From Craspedostauros australis (taxonomy: Eukaryota): a stretch of DNA of 52,785 nucleotides. The translations under genes and the position numbers were made by a program. Positions 11,564 to 24,304 of this stretch are shown here, one piece after another. Location of the stretch: NCBI GenBank assembly GCA_030167865.1, contig JALAGF010006405.1, positions 1 through 52,785 of the forward strand, in the 5' to 3' direction. The notes below the pieces were generated by a model. The model ran no database searches. It worked only from the letters and a program-made list of their open reading frames with translations, and was not told where the DNA came from. The number at the start of each line of letters is the position of its first letter. The first letter of the stretch is position 1.

Positions 11564-14129
11564 GAGGAACACCCAGGTTCTGCTCACCCCAACCGCACGA
11601 CTTGGATGATGCAGAACCCTGTTCGTGTTGCGATCATAACCGAACATCGATACAAGCACCAAACCTACTGTACGAGTACATCAATCGTTGCAAATCTCAC
11701 CTGGTACGACTTGTGCGGCAAAGGAGCGGGAGAGTGCTGGTGTGGACGAGTGCGCTGTGTGCTGTTCAGCCTGTTTGACTTTGTGCTGTTCAGCCTTTCT
11801 AACTTTGTGCTTTCCATCTCTCTGGATTCCTCCCAAGGCCCTCACTCGTCACCGCAACCGCCCCCTCTCGTTGCGCACAAACATCAACATCACAGATCCT
11901 GCACAGCGCTCGTCAGAAACACACACTCCACGCCTTCTGTGACGACCATTCAGGTTCTGGCCGGTTTCGCATGTGTGAATGGAAGACGGCTTGATATTTC
12001 TGCCTCATTCGTGGAAATCAGTTTGACACGATCTCTTTTCAAATTGGGTCTATTAAAGTATATTTGGATTGAATCCCGACTGTCCATCGAATCACGTATC
12101 GGCGAAGTTGATTGGAGTCACGTTAACGGTCAGACGTTAATGGATATTCTTGAAGTTTCCGTTACAACACGACACGCAAACATGTTCTTGTTAGTTTGGT
12201 CTTGGTACTTCACCCCAATGACGATGTCAATGGACAGACACGCAGGAATGCGCGGCGCGTCATCGAGACTCCACTGTGCTTCTCTGCATCCACCCCGCAC
12301 AGGCACAAGAGACCTCAGAAGCAAGATCCTAGCAAGATGTCTTCAGTGTCGGTTGTGCTCATCGCTCGAAATGAATCGCAGCGATGTTGGGCAGAGATGA
12401 AGCCGGACAAAGGCACGGATGTGCACATGTTCGGTGGAGTACTCGTATTGGGGCGCGAGGAGTTGACGAGGCGATTGACGAGTGGCGACAGAAGAGGGTC
12501 CTTGGGGGGAAGACGCTTCCATAATTGCGAAGGCACGTGGGTGACCATATTTATTGACATGACGCAGCGCACCCGAGAGAAAGAGGCAGACACAGAAATC
12601 ACTTTTGATTGCGGTTTCAGCGAGTTTTCGGAATGCTCGTTCTCGCGCTCTGTGCTTTTTACGTTGTGGCAGAAGCAGAAACAGGAATCAGGCAGGAAGC
12701 AAACCAGCGGTATTGTATTTGCATTGACGGAGCTATCCCATTACGGCTGGAGTGTGCATGCACACGATGAAGGAGTCACCCAAGTTGAGGGAGAGAGTCA
12801 CCCTCGTCGTACTCGTGATGCCAACCGACACCAAAAAAGTCATCACTTAAACGATGGTGGTCTGCCCAAAGTGAATCTCGAACGCTTTCGAGTGTTTTGC
12901 GCCAACCAAGACCAAAAGAGGTGGTGTGTGCAAGGATGAGAACCTCGCGCGCTCCCATACCGTGCAGTACTCTGCGTGTATTTGCGTGTGATCGTGAATG
13001 CAAGATTCCCGTTTTTGTTGTCGTCGGAGGCAGTATGCGAAGGTATTGGTGCCGCCACGCCAATCGGAGTTTCGTCGCCATGTTGGCGTTTGGTACTACC
13101 CACTCTGTTGCACTGTACTGTGATGTGAAGTGCAGTGATGGATGCAAGTGCCATTTGGGGGGCCTCTTCACTCGTACGAGTGTACTTTGTACGAGCATGA
13201 ACACACGGGGTTGGTTGACCACATTCAGTGCGCAACGGCGCGTACAGACGCAGCCACATACAACACGCGGATACAAGCATACGCTTGCTTGTACCCGTCG
13301 GTACCCTGAGACTTTGTTCTACTGGAGCGCTCCACCAAACGACTACCACTGCATTCCTATCCGCAACATCAACAGGAGGGTGTGAATGTTCTTGCATGGC
13401 GGAATGCAACGCAACAACACTCTGCATTCCTCGCCCTCACCGACTCTGTGGCACATCTCTCTGTCTGTCACGGACATGTTCGCTTGTGCCTTGCGTTCGA
13501 ATGTCTTCTCCGACAGACGTTGTAACTGCGCCGCGGGCTATGCCTCCTTGGTTGAGGCACGAAGGACAAGGGGTATTTATCTTGGGTGCTGTCGTGCATT
13601 TGTGCTTTGTTTCTGAGAAAGGAAGGAAGATATTCCCAACCAAGCAAGACTAAAAAAAGGAGCGGCGGTTTCCTATTCCTCTCCACGTGGTTTCAGACAG
13701 CGCTTCGACCCAATTGTGCACAAAGACTCGTGACATCACTCTGTGCCGCATCGTGTTGTGTTGTGTTGTGCTGTGCTGTGCCGTGTCCAGAGAGAACCCC
13801 ACGAACACAACCAACCGTGCTTGTGCACAATGCAGGAAAGTTCGCGCCACTCATGTGCGTTTGACCAAGTATCTGTCTCGATTCTTGCAAGAGAAACGGA
13901 CAGCGCAGAATTGCCTCCTCCTGGTTCCCGTTGTCCGTGCCATCCTCTTGGTCGCTGCGCCGCCTACAGCTCGCATGAGTGGAGTAGCTGCGACCATACT
14001 CTTGCTTCATCAGTTGCATCATAGTTGGTCGTATAATACCACACTCTCGTTGCTCTGCTATTCGGAATCCCAATAATAATACCAGTGCGGATAAGGAGAT
14101 CACTAGTATAATAAGGAGAAACAGAGACC

Positions 14130-15287
14130 ATGGAGGGAGGCAATGACAACCCAGAGAGCGGCGCCGTTGGTGGCGCAAGTGATACCAACGCAAACCTGGG
14201 TGATCATAGTAGCAACAACAACAACACTGACGACGTCAAGGGATGTGCCTCATCACCAGGAACTGCGGCTGCAACAGAAGCATCAACAGAAGCATCCACG
14301 GGGACAGCGGTAGCATCATTAGCAATCGCGGGATTGGTAGCGGCAGCCAAAGCAGCAGCGGCCAAAGCGAAGGCATCACGGGACGATGGCGAAAGCAGCA
14401 GCGGCAGTAGTAAAGACAGTAGCAAAGGAAGTAGCAACGGCAGTGGCAAAGACAACAACGATACCCCAGCAAACCTGGTACACCCGCGCGCCAACGACGT
14501 GCTCTGCGGCAGAGGCAAGCTGCGGCAGCTGCACAACGGCAACCAGCTATACCTCAGCTTCATCTGCTCCTGCAAGCAGGAGTACGAGGACGCCGGTAAG
14601 GGATTCAAGATCCACGTGGTGCACAAGGTGGTGGACTACATCACCAAGACGCTCAATGGACGCTTCCTCATCGCGCACGACATCTCCAGGAACCTCTGGG
14701 TGCCCGTGCCGCGCGCCAAGGCCATGTCCAAGACATCGCAGGCCTTCCGCGATCTGCCCAAGGTGCGTCTCAACAACATATGCACGTCCAACAGCGCGGT
14801 GTCCAAAGGCATCACGTCTTACACCGCCAATACCACCACTGCAAACACCGACACGATGCGTCCCGATACGGCCGTCTCCTCCACGAATAAGCCGCCGCCT
14901 GCCAAACGACCCGCCATGACGGCCAGCGGCATCCCGCTGCAACAGGCGATGCGAAGGGGCTCCGCGGTCAAGAAGAGACGCTTCCTTCCCACGCAAAACA
15001 GCGCTTCCAGACTGCTGTCCTCCAAGTCCCAGCTTACGGCACCGGCCGTGACGCCGCCCATCACACGCGACAATACCGCGGCGACGATACTCGCGGCGGC
15101 CGCATCGAGTCTCGCCAGTATGAAGCATCCGAGCAGCAGCGAACAACGAGTCGTGCGCATCGAGAACATACCGACGCATGAAATCGGCAAGCGACCACCG
15201 AAGGAAGGTGGCAGCATGTCGGATACGGAGACGGAGGATAGTCTTCCCTATCTCGCGCCGCGATCCACGATACGGGTGAGTTCGTAG
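14130..15287 (+). CDS. DUF6824-domain protein (diatom-expanded, putative DNA-binding)
   Basis: Signature PRANDVLCGRG...HNGN..Y...Y...K...V...GRFL...W......KTSQAFRD, flanked by low-complexity regions, with an NLS-like VKKRR. Confidence 0.9.
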   Translation: MEGGNDNPESGAVGGASDTNANLGDHSSNNNNTDDVKGCASSPGTAAATEASTEASTGTAVASLAIAGLVAAAKAAAAKAKASRDDGESSSGSSKDSSKGSSNGSGKDNNDTPANLVHPRANDVLCGRGKLRQLHNGNQLYLSFICSCKQEYEDAGKGFKIHVVHKVVDYITKTLNGRFLIAHDISRNLWVPVPRAKAMSKTSQAFRDLPKVRLNNICTSNSAVSKGITSYTANTTTANTDTMRPDTAVSSTNKPPPAKRPAMTASGIPLQQAMRRGSAVKKRRFLPTQNSASRLLSSKSQLTAPAVTPPITRDNTAATILAAAASSLASMKHPSSSEQRVVRIENIPTHEIGKRPPKEGGSMSDTETEDSLPYLAPRSTIRVSS

Positions 15288-15598
15288 CGGACCTTCGTGG
15301 GCGCGCGTCGTGAGAGAGTATCATCTATTGTATGAATATATAGTACATGATTATACTCACCAACACTGCTTCAATGACTCTACAATACATTCATAGACAT
15401 AGCGAACGTCAACAGCTTTCTGCGATATCATAGATCATTTGTATTGAGTACAGTATAGAAGCCTACTCTATTGTATAGCATGTGAATGTTCTGCTGTCGT
15501 CTGTGAGGTCGCATGTGGAGACTGCGAAACACTCATAACAGCGAATCGAGTCTGTTGGTATGGCATAGTACAACACGACGGCCCTCCGCCTCCATCCA

Positions 15599-16594
15599 TC
15601 ACGGCATCTCCAACTTATTCGCGTTCACCGTGAACACGGCGTCGGGGCAGGCCATCACCTCCACCTCCCACCGTCCCTGCGTCAAGCTGCCCCCGGCGTG
15701 CCGTAGCACCTTCACGAAGCTGCCGTTGAATTCGGCCTTGGCCTTCAGTTTCTTCAATTTCATCATTTGGCCTGGTTCGATCGATGGAGGAGTGCTCGTC
15801 AGTTGGTGTTGTTCGCCTGCGTTAGTGGCATTGTCGTTGTTGTTGTTGTTGTCGTTGTATGCGACGACGGATTGGTCTTTCGCATTCTTCTTCTTTGGGC
15901 TCTTCTTCGGTGTAGCCTCCTTGTAGGGAACCACGGACTCGTCTTGGTCATTCTTCTCTTCCTTTGGGATCTTCTTCTTTGTATTCTCCTCGTACGGAAC
16001 GACTGCGTTGTCGTTATCATCCTTCTTCTTCTTCTTTGGGATTTTCTTGGCGCTTTCGTTGTAGGGAACGACCGTGTTGCCCGGCTCGTTCTTCTTCGTC
16101 TTCTTCTTCGTGCCCTCATTGTAGGGAACAACAGCTTGGCTTGCTGGTTCGTCTGCTGCTTCACTGTACGGTACCAACGCTTGATGTTGCTCGCTGTCAC
16201 TGTCACTGTCACTGTCACTGTCTTCATGATCGTCTGAGTCTGACTCGTACACCACGAGGGCATCCTCCACCTCCTCCTCTTCTTCCACCTCCTCTGACGA
16301 CGACTCCGCATCCGGATACGGCCGCCGGAACTGGATCGTTATCACTGTCTCCCGCTTGATGAGCAGCTTCATCGCATTCAAGTCGGGGAATTCCGATGGC
16401 ACCGCCTTGCCATTCAGCTTCAGGATCTCATCGCCAACCTGCAGTCCCGTGTTGCGACGTTTGAACAGCTCCGTGATCTTGCGCACCGTCACAGTCTCGT
16501 CATCGCCTTTCTGCTCCAGCTTCAACCCTGCCTCCTGTTTCTGCTCCGATTTGCGGACCTGGATGTTGCCGATCTCGCCTGGATTGAATTGCAT
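15599..16594 (-). CDS. PDZ-domain protein with central VVPY repeats and a C-terminal SH3/KOW-like beta domain
   Basis: N-terminal PDZ pattern (RK....AGLKL...VTVRKI....TGLQVGDEILKLNG), then an acidic tract, seven (A/T/S)(L/V)V(P/V/A)Y motifs, and C-terminal PGQMMKLKKLKAKAEFNG...GRWEV...VNANKL. Confidence 0.85.
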   Translation of the reverse strand: MQFNPGEIGNIQVRKSEQKQEAGLKLEQKGDDETVTVRKITELFKRRNTGLQVGDEILKLNGKAVPSEFPDLNAMKLLIKRETVITIQFRRPYPDAESSSEEVEEEEEVEDALVVYESDSDDHEDSDSDSDSDSEQHQALVPYSEAADEPASQAVVPYNEGTKKKTKKNEPGNTVVPYNESAKKIPKKKKKDDNDNAVVPYEENTKKKIPKEEKNDQDESVVPYKEATPKKSPKKKNAKDQSVVAYNDNNNNNDNATNAGEQHQLTSTPPSIEPGQMMKLKKLKAKAEFNGSFVKVLRHAGGSLTQGRWEVEVMACPDAVFTVNANKLEMP

Positions 16595-17242
16595 GGTTGG
16601 GTGCGTGCGGTACGCGATGCGTGTTCGTAGAGTGGTGGAATTGAGTGGAACCGAGGCTGACGTGAGTATCTGTGGAGGTGGAAGTGGTTGGCTTCTCCCT
16701 CGCGCCTGTCACAACAACGTGTAGTCGTAGAGTTGGACGGATCGATTGTGATTGAGAATGTGAACGCCTGATCAGTGGTACTCGTACTCGTATGGCACTC
16801 GCTTCCTTGCAAGCCTCTTGACTCTTGCGCTATGTTGATTTGTGATGTGTTGAATTCAATTGTGATGCGTCGCGGTATGTTGCGTCCATGCTGATCTGCC
16901 GACCAGTGGATGTTGGTCTCGCACACAAGATACGAGGAGCCTCTCGTCGTGCGAAATGACCCATCACGAAAGATACCTTTTGGAGATTTGGGACTCTTCC
17001 AGATCCACACTTTCTCTTCGATGCTTCTTGATGAGTGGACAACGCACACAAGAATGGTTGGTTGGTCTGCTTCCAACCAATAACGACCTTCATGCAACAA
17101 ACAAGTGACATCACAACCCTTCACCTATTGCGCTGCATGTATTATATACAACAAGAGCAACGCTACTGTTGCGTTGCACATCATCGTCATTGAAAAAAAT
17201 CGTGTGTTTACGATACTGCGGGTCTACATAGAAAGCACTTCT

Positions 17243-18214
17243 CTACAACAAAATGGATTGCAACCGGTTGTCTCTCACCATCCTTCGCCATTTCTTCCTT
17301 GTCGGAGAGTCGAAGAACGACATGGAGCGCCGCTTCCTCTTGCTGGGAGTAGACTCGGATGCGCCGTGGCGATTCGGGCTCATCGTTTCCCTTCTTCGCT
17401 TCAAATTCCTGCGTGGTTGCGGCGGTGTGTGCGGCGTGGAGACTGATTCTTCCATTTGCTGCTGCTGCTGCTCGCGAAGTTCTGGCTGCTGCTGCTGTTC
17501 TTCGTCATCCTCTTCTTGCCGCTGCTCAACTTGCGCCGCATGCATTGGTGCGCTGTGTACGCAACTCGAAGCGTCCTTTGTTGCTTGATGATCCTCTTGC
17601 GGACTGCTGTTCGTCGGACATGCAACGTCATCACCTTCTCTGTAAACTCCGTTGCTCACAGCTTCGCAATCGCCATCGGAAAGAAGTTCAAAATGATCAA
17701 ACGCATCCTGGAACGAGGCGCTGGAATCTTCAATGATTTGAGAGCTGCTGCTGTTGCCATCGCTGCTAGCCAGGTCGCTGTGGTGATCTGTGTCATGGCT
17801 GCGGTTGCTGTCATTGATTCCATCATCATTTGCAGTCGTGGCATCTCGCGACGACACGTCGGCAGTTGAAACGGAAGCTGTGGCGACAGCAGAATTCGCG
17901 ACAGGCTTGGAGCCGAGCGGAGAGGAAGTACGACTTGGAGTCCCATCCTCGCTTCCATCTCGCGCGTTCTCGTTCTCAGCGCGTAGATCGCACTCGGCAC
18001 GTTCTGCCTGATGATTCACATCTCTCATGGCTGTCTCGAATCGACGCCTCGACGTCGAAATGGCATGCTCCATCCGTTGTTGAGCCGTGGACATGCTTGC
18101 CACCTTGGCCTCCAGATGTTGCAGCCGCTCTTCCGTCTCGCTCAGCAGCCGCCGCATCTCAGCCTCCTCCGTCTCCATTGCGTTCTGCGCTGGTCCTCGT
18201 TCGCTCATTGGCAT
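17243..18214 (-). CDS. Hypothetical coiled-coil protein with basic C-terminal NLS-like motifs
   Basis: Heptad-like EAEMRRLLSETEERLQHLEAKV..., a poly-Q/acidic middle, and KRRR/KRKRR at the C-terminus. The probable ATG is 18214 or 18208; the upstream part of the ORF looks like C/A-rich leader. Confidence 0.65.
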   Translation of the reverse strand: MPMSERGPAQNAMETEEAEMRRLLSETEERLQHLEAKVASMSTAQQRMEHAISTSRRRFETAMRDVNHQAERAECDLRAENENARDGSEDGTPSRTSSPLGSKPVANSAVATASVSTADVSSRDATTANDDGINDSNRSHDTDHHSDLASSDGNSSSSQIIEDSSASFQDAFDHFELLSDGDCEAVSNGVYREGDDVACPTNSSPQEDHQATKDASSCVHSAPMHAAQVEQRQEEDDEEQQQQPELREQQQQQMEESVSTPHTPPQPRRNLKRRRETMSPNRHGASESTPSKRKRRSMSFFDSPTRKKWRRMVRDNRLQSILL

Positions 18215-20917
18215 TTGATTGTGGTTCTGTGCTTGTACTGTGCCAGTATTGTTCGTTGTGCACATGTGTGGCATTCCTTGGTTCGATCGTTTTGTGACCT
18301 GATGTGAACAAGTGTTCGGGCCATTGCTCTTCGGTTGTGTGTTCTCTTTCCTCTTTTCTCTCCTGGTGCATGTCTCGTGGAGTTTCGTGGGCTCTTGTGT
18401 CGCCGAATTGCCTTCACGTGATCTTGTGGCAGAAGCCAGACACGTTTGGCGAGTTCTCATGTGTGTTGGTGGGAGTCGCATGCCTGTCACACCAATCGCG
18501 ATTGAGACTCAGTCGTCTTTCGTGATTGGTCACGATTCACACCAATGCGAGAGAGCCATGATGACGTCATCGTTCTCGTATCGTGATTCAGAACAGTGGG
18601 TGGATCACGAATTGGGGCTCGTGGAGTCTTTCTCTGTTCTTGAAGACCAGGTCGATGACAATGGACGTTAAAGACGTTACTGTATCAGGTTCAAAATCAA
18701 ACGTTCACACATGTTGCGTGTTGAACGGGATGGTTGATCTTTCTCGTCTCGTCCACGGCCTGTTCCGTATGGCATCTTGGTCTGTGGCAATAGCTGGATG
18801 CGGCTATCCCGTCTTCCTCTCTCTTTCTCGCCCTCTCTGTCTATCTGAAGAGTGGAGCAGCAAGAGAGCTCCTGTACGATCGTCACAGCATGTTCCTGGG
18901 AGAAGAACGCTTTGACTGTGCTAACCGCATCCGCACCATCTCTCCCGAACAATGGAAAGCATCATTCACTCGGTTCCAATCATGGGGCTGCACCTACGAG
19001 CCAAGTTCGCTTCGTCGAATCGTTGCAACAGGGCGTAGAGTAGTGGAAGTCGAAGCAGAGAGGACAGATTCTTCAGCCATCGCAGGCTTGCCATGGAGAT
19101 CAAGGAACCGCATCTTCTCTCCGTGAGAGTCTTGCCGCAAATGTGCCTTGGTGGTACGTGTTTGAGATCAACCCATTGTTACAGCGTTCAGTCCATAACC
19201 GGGAGTGTATCTCAACAATCCCGATTGTAAGTTGACAAAGGAATGTGAAGCAGGTCGACAGAAACAGGTAGAGTACTACAATGGATTCTGCACTCATCTG
19301 GCTTGTATAGCATGTCCTCGGATTGTGCCACACGAATGCGAGTGGCACATGAACTGCGGAGGAGACGTATTGCGGAAGCTGCTGGAGAGTCAGGCACAAT
19401 GAATGCTCCCGGTCGCACTCTCGAGAGTAGAGTATTATATTCTATTCTATTATATATATTAATATAATGTAATACTTCGCTTCACTTCTTTCGCTTCACT
19501 TGCCTCGCTCGCGTGGCAGGGCAGCAGAGCAAAAGTGGCATGTGCAATACCATGCATGCCTGTCGTTGTTGAATCCGGATTCGAGTAGGAATTTTCTGAA
19601 GAATGCGTATGTAATATATATTATATGTATGTAACGGATCAGAGCAGCAGAAGCGCGCGAAAGATCTGCGAATGTTGAGGAGGCTCGGCAACATCGACCC
19701 CTCTCTCCGCTGGGCATCAAGATGAGTGGAATGGACACAAGCCCAACTCCAGAATTAGATGCCGTAGCCGGTATCCACCGATGGGTCAACGATGCCGTTG
19801 GCATTCGCTGAGACAAACAACGCCGCCAGCGTGGCGTGCTGTTGTGAGGTTTACGTCGCCCTCAATCGGTTCTCAAACTCGGGACAGGGCAAGACCAACT
19901 CTTCTTCACTTCAAGATGATGGAAGTGGAAAATGTCGGATGTGGAAAGAGCAACATCTCTGTTGTTGTGCATACACAGTATAATACTATTTCACACGTGG
20001 ATCACAGCCAACTGCTTCTGCAATGCTTTTATGTACTTAAGGTACAACGGCTTCTGGTGGCGCTGTTGAACTACAACAACAGCCTACAAGGACTGTTTCT
20101 GGTGTTTATGCCTGCGCCTGGGGCTATGACGCTCAATTGCACGGAGAATTCCACGTGTTCCTCACTGTTTGTCAAGTGACTCAAATACCACACTTTTTCA
20201 TCTTCGGTTTTGGGTACCTCCGTACATTGAACAAGACAGAAAAATCGTGTGAGGTCAAAGGAATGATGCGACCACTGAGTCATGATCACAAGGAGAAACG
20301 GCGGAGACGACAACACGCATGCCCACACACACACACGTATACATCCATCCCGGCACGATGATGATTGAGTTACGGGGAACTTGCGAGGGTTCTCGCCCAA
20401 ATCGTGTTGAGTTTGCGATAATGTAAACAAGCCCGAGGTACCAAGCTCAGCTTGTCTCTCTCTCTCTCTCTCTTTGTGCGTGTGGTTCTGTGTGTGTTGC
20501 TACAGAAAACAATGATGTTTGGAGCACAACATCACCACGGGAAGCCTTGACCCCATCACCACAGAGCAGATGAATCAATGTGCGCCATTCTCATACAACT
20601 ATGTACGACCTATGGTGCCACACCATCCAAAAACAACCGAAGCCAACTTCAACGCACCATCTTCTTCTCGTGCTTCACATGACGCCGTGACACAACACTC
20701 GCACAAGTACCCATGACGAAGACGAAAAGAGTGAGAAGGAACAAAAAAGAGAATCCGCGGAACGAAAGAGCGAGTTTTGGAGCCGTCACAGGCGCGCACA
20801 TTGCAGGAACGACATCCGGCACCACGGCATCATAAGAGCCTCGAAACCACAACTTCGCACAACCCAATCACTGCGGAAACGAAAACGAGGGCACTTGGGA
20901 GTCTCACAACGCTCATA

Positions 20918-20955
20918 AACTTAACTTAACTCAACTCAACTCAACTCAACTCAAC
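20918..20955 (+). repeat. (AACTT/AACTC)n pentanucleotide microsatellite just upstream of the HSF gene
   Basis: aacttaacttaactcaactcaactcaactcaactcaac. Confidence 0.9.
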
Positions 20956-21004
20956 ACCCAAGCTAAAACCAAAACCACAAGAGAGTCAAGCCAAACCAAA
21001 GGCA

Positions 21005-22575
21005 ATGCAAAACGACCCAACAGCACAACCAGACAACAAAACAGCCACCCAACAACAACACACCATGCACCGCCCAATGAACGCGCAGACGTTCGACAGG
21101 TACCTCCAGCAGTCCCATCACAATGCGAAACACAGCGGCGACCAGGACTTGATCTGCTCATCATCCCAGAACCAGTCGTTCCCTCTGAAGCTCTACTGCA
21201 TGCTCGAGGACAGCGCAGCCAACGGCACGGAATGGATCGTCTCGTGGCTGCCAGGCGGCCGCGCATTCAAGGTCCACCAACGGGACGAGTTCATGGATCA
21301 GATCTGCCCGCTGTACTTCAATCAATCCAAGTTCAAGTCATTCCAGAGGCAGTTGCTGCTGTATGGTTTCGAGAAGAAGATTTCTCTCGACCTCCATCTC
21401 AAGGGATCATGTAAGTTCATCAAATCATGCCGGCAGTGATATCCATCATCATGTTGCACTGGAGAGTTGGTCGGTGCTTGTAATTGTTGACATGCAAAGC
21501 ACAATGCATCAGACGGTGCCATCACACATTGCTTCGCGAAAGAAGCGATCACTCACATACTCACTCACTCATTCACTCACACACCCATGCATTCATTCCT
21601 TTGAACACCGTTCGACCTTTGACTACGACTATTATCCTCGTGTATACTACATCACAACGCAAACCCCCCATCACAGACTCTCACCAGCACTTTCTCCGCG
21701 GCGACAAGGACATGACGTCGACCATCCGCCGCAGGCCCCGTGACTCCAAGCGACAGAGTGGTCCGATCTCGGACTACCTCAAGCAGAAGCAAACTCAGAC
21801 TCAGACATCGCAATCAGGCAGTGCGAAAGCACCAGAGTCTTCACATGAAGCAGATGGATCCGAATCAACCGCTCCCTCGGGACCGCATGCAAAGAAGACC
21901 AGATTCGAACGGCTGATGGAGAGACGGTTGAAGTCGAGCATGTTCTCTTCTACAGCATACAAGAAGGCGATGCAAGGCTTCTGCTCATCCGACCTCAACT
22001 CGGCCAACCTCCCAATAGCTCCGATCAGCAATGCCTTGGCCCCATCCCACGCCGCATCATTCTCTTCGAGACCGCCTACGTTTGATGGACGGAATCATAG
22101 CTTCGTCAACCAGGACCCTGTGTGGCATGATGCTGATCATGCGAGCATCGCCACTCGCAGCACTGACATTGTGGGCGATCAGAACGATGATGGTGGCAAC
22201 TCAAGAGGACTTTCCTCCTCGCCATGCCATTCCCCGCCATCGTTGTCTCCGCAGCTCCCCTCGCAGATGCCACCATACTCGTGCAATGAAGCAAACATGA
22301 ACTTGGCCACAATCTCGGCTCATCTGCCAAGCCAATCGTTAAACACGCCACCAGCAACTGACACGTGCTACAGCGGTGACTGGCTGTCCAAGTTCGAGCG
22401 TGTCTTCGACGCAACCCCAAATCCATCCAGTGGATTGGACATGCTCTCTCCCATCCCTCTATCAGATGTGAGCGCCTCGCAATGCACAAAGGTGCCGGAC
22501 GCGCAACTCTCGTCATCTCAACCACTTGACAAAACGTGCTTCGACGACACGCTGTTCAACAACACTTCCAGATGA
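21005..22575 (+). CDS. HSF: Heat shock factor (HSF-type DNA-binding) transcription factor, 2 exons
   Basis: Exon 1 (21005-21410) encodes FPLKLYCML...IVSWLPGGRAFKVH...YFNQSKFKSFQRQLLLYGF. The intron is 21411-21676 (GTAAGT...CACAG). Exon 2 (21677-22575) restores GSYSHQHFLRGD, which completes the HSF domain in frame. An alternative start lies at 21066. Confidence 0.93.
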
Positions 22576-23598
22576 AGCGGTCGAAGCAAAGCACTATTTC
22601 GAGCGTAGCAACAGCACAGCATCCAATCCTGATACAAGCATAAGCTGGCGTCACCCCCTATCCGCTTTCATTCGCGTCGTTACTTCCGTCATATAATAGC
22701 TTCCATCATCACTGCCACACACCATCGTCGTACACTTGTATACAGCAAGACAACAGAGAGTAAGTACTCCAGCGTTATGCCTGTGTTCACCGACACCATA
22801 CCACGCGAGCTTCACTACGACTACATATAGTACAGTTGTCCCCCAATAAACCAATCTAGAGAGAAATATCTTCATGTCGATACAAGTGGTCGTACACGTA
22901 CGTAGAGTACTCTACCAGAGAGTAGAGTAGAGTAGAGTGCACCACCCAAGAATAGGGTGATCTGTTCTACAGACTACAACTTCTCCGCTGAACCAGTCCA
23001 ACAACCTCACCACAGTTTGTTGCGTGGCAGCCGCACAAACAGCGCACTTTGCGTCCGCACGACCAAACCAACAGAACGAGATTTCTGGGACGAAACGGAT
23101 TGTATTTCTCCGATGGATCGTTTCTACGGAAGGCGTTTTGTTCCAACAGAACGGAAGTGAAAAAATTCATTCTTTTTTGTCGGAGGCGCTCTTTCTTCGT
23201 GGAAAAACGAACTCCAGGAACCTTCGAAGGAGCTGATATAGTCTCTTTGTAGTTGGCGATTCGCTCTGTTACAGGACTGCTTTACCCGTGACCGAACACA
23301 CATGACCCATCCGTTTCTAAAGTTTCATTCCGGTTCGAAGTTTCGCGACCGACGCAACCATTCCAAGTTTTTTCGCGTCCACCCAGCCACAAATAGTGAC
23401 ACAAGTATGCAGCCCCAAACGCAACTGCTCATGACGAGGTCAACACACAATCCACGCATCATACTGTTGTCATTCGTACAGAAAGATCTGAACCAGAGCA
23501 AGAGTCTGTTGACGCAGCCCATTCTCCCCACACCTCTTCTTCCCAAAAGCAGCCAACCAACCACCCAACAACAACCAACAAGCCACTTTCGGAACAAG

Positions 23599-24102
23599 AT
23601 GCTTCCTTGCGTGTTCGACACCGCAGAAATCTCATCTGCTCGACGCGGAGAGATCCCGTTCTTTTGTCCCACACAGAGAGATCGAGTTCCACACTCAACG
23701 CTGTCCTCTTCCTCGTCCTCAACATCGTCCTCATCGTCGCCGTTTCTTCTTTCGAAGACGGAAGGCGTGAAGGATGATGATGAGAATGATGAGAATGATG
23801 ACAATGGCGCCGTCGTTGCTCACGACGCGGTTCCATCGTTGCCAGTGTCCAGCCATCGAAGAAACGTTGATGCAGCACAAGTCGATGGTCAACGTAACCA
23901 ACACAGACAGCGACGAAAAGGAGGAGCAAAGGGTATGCCCATGCTGAATGCAGCAACGGAAAAGGTCAAGGATCATGATGTGCAGCAACCGCAAGAGGTT
24001 TCGCGATGCAAAGGAAAGATGAAGATCGCAGTAAGACTCCGGATGGTGCGAAAGATGCTAAAGCGCAAGAGCAACAAGAGCCGCAATGGGAACAAGAGGT
24101 GA
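23599..24102 (+). CDS. Small hypothetical protein (Ser/acidic middle, basic C-terminus)
   Basis: ATG follows a CAAC-rich leader within ORF 23302-24102, and a TA-rich 3' region follows the stop. No recognisable domain. Confidence 0.45.
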   Translation: MLPCVFDTAEISSARRGEIPFFCPTQRDRVPHSTLSSSSSSTSSSSSPFLLSKTEGVKDDDENDENDDNGAVVAHDAVPSLPVSSHRRNVDAAQVDGQRNQHRQRRKGGAKGMPMLNAATEKVKDHDVQQPQEVSRCKGKMKIAVRLRMVRKMLKRKSNKSRNGNKR

Positions 24103-24304
24103 ATCATGGATTGCAGCATTGCTGTAATGTATTCTACTAGACTATCTCTTTGCATTCATACTAATTCTAGTAGAGTGCTCATGTTTCTAGAGAGTACTTT
24201 GCGCAGCACTCTATTCAGTTTCAACGAGACTCATCCCATGTGTCGTTCAAAAAGTGGTACCACTGTGACTGTCACCGCCAGGACTGCCAACCGACCATGC
24301 CGCA

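Noticed and set aside
11182..12939. Overlapping 198-324 aa ORFs, with an intron-like stretch at ~11740-11837
   Set aside because: No recognisable domain or consistent codon bias; a small gene or pseudogene is possible but cannot be supported.
22971..23244. Possible MITE with imperfect inverted ends
   Set aside because: Only ~12 of 16 bases match and there is no clear target duplication.
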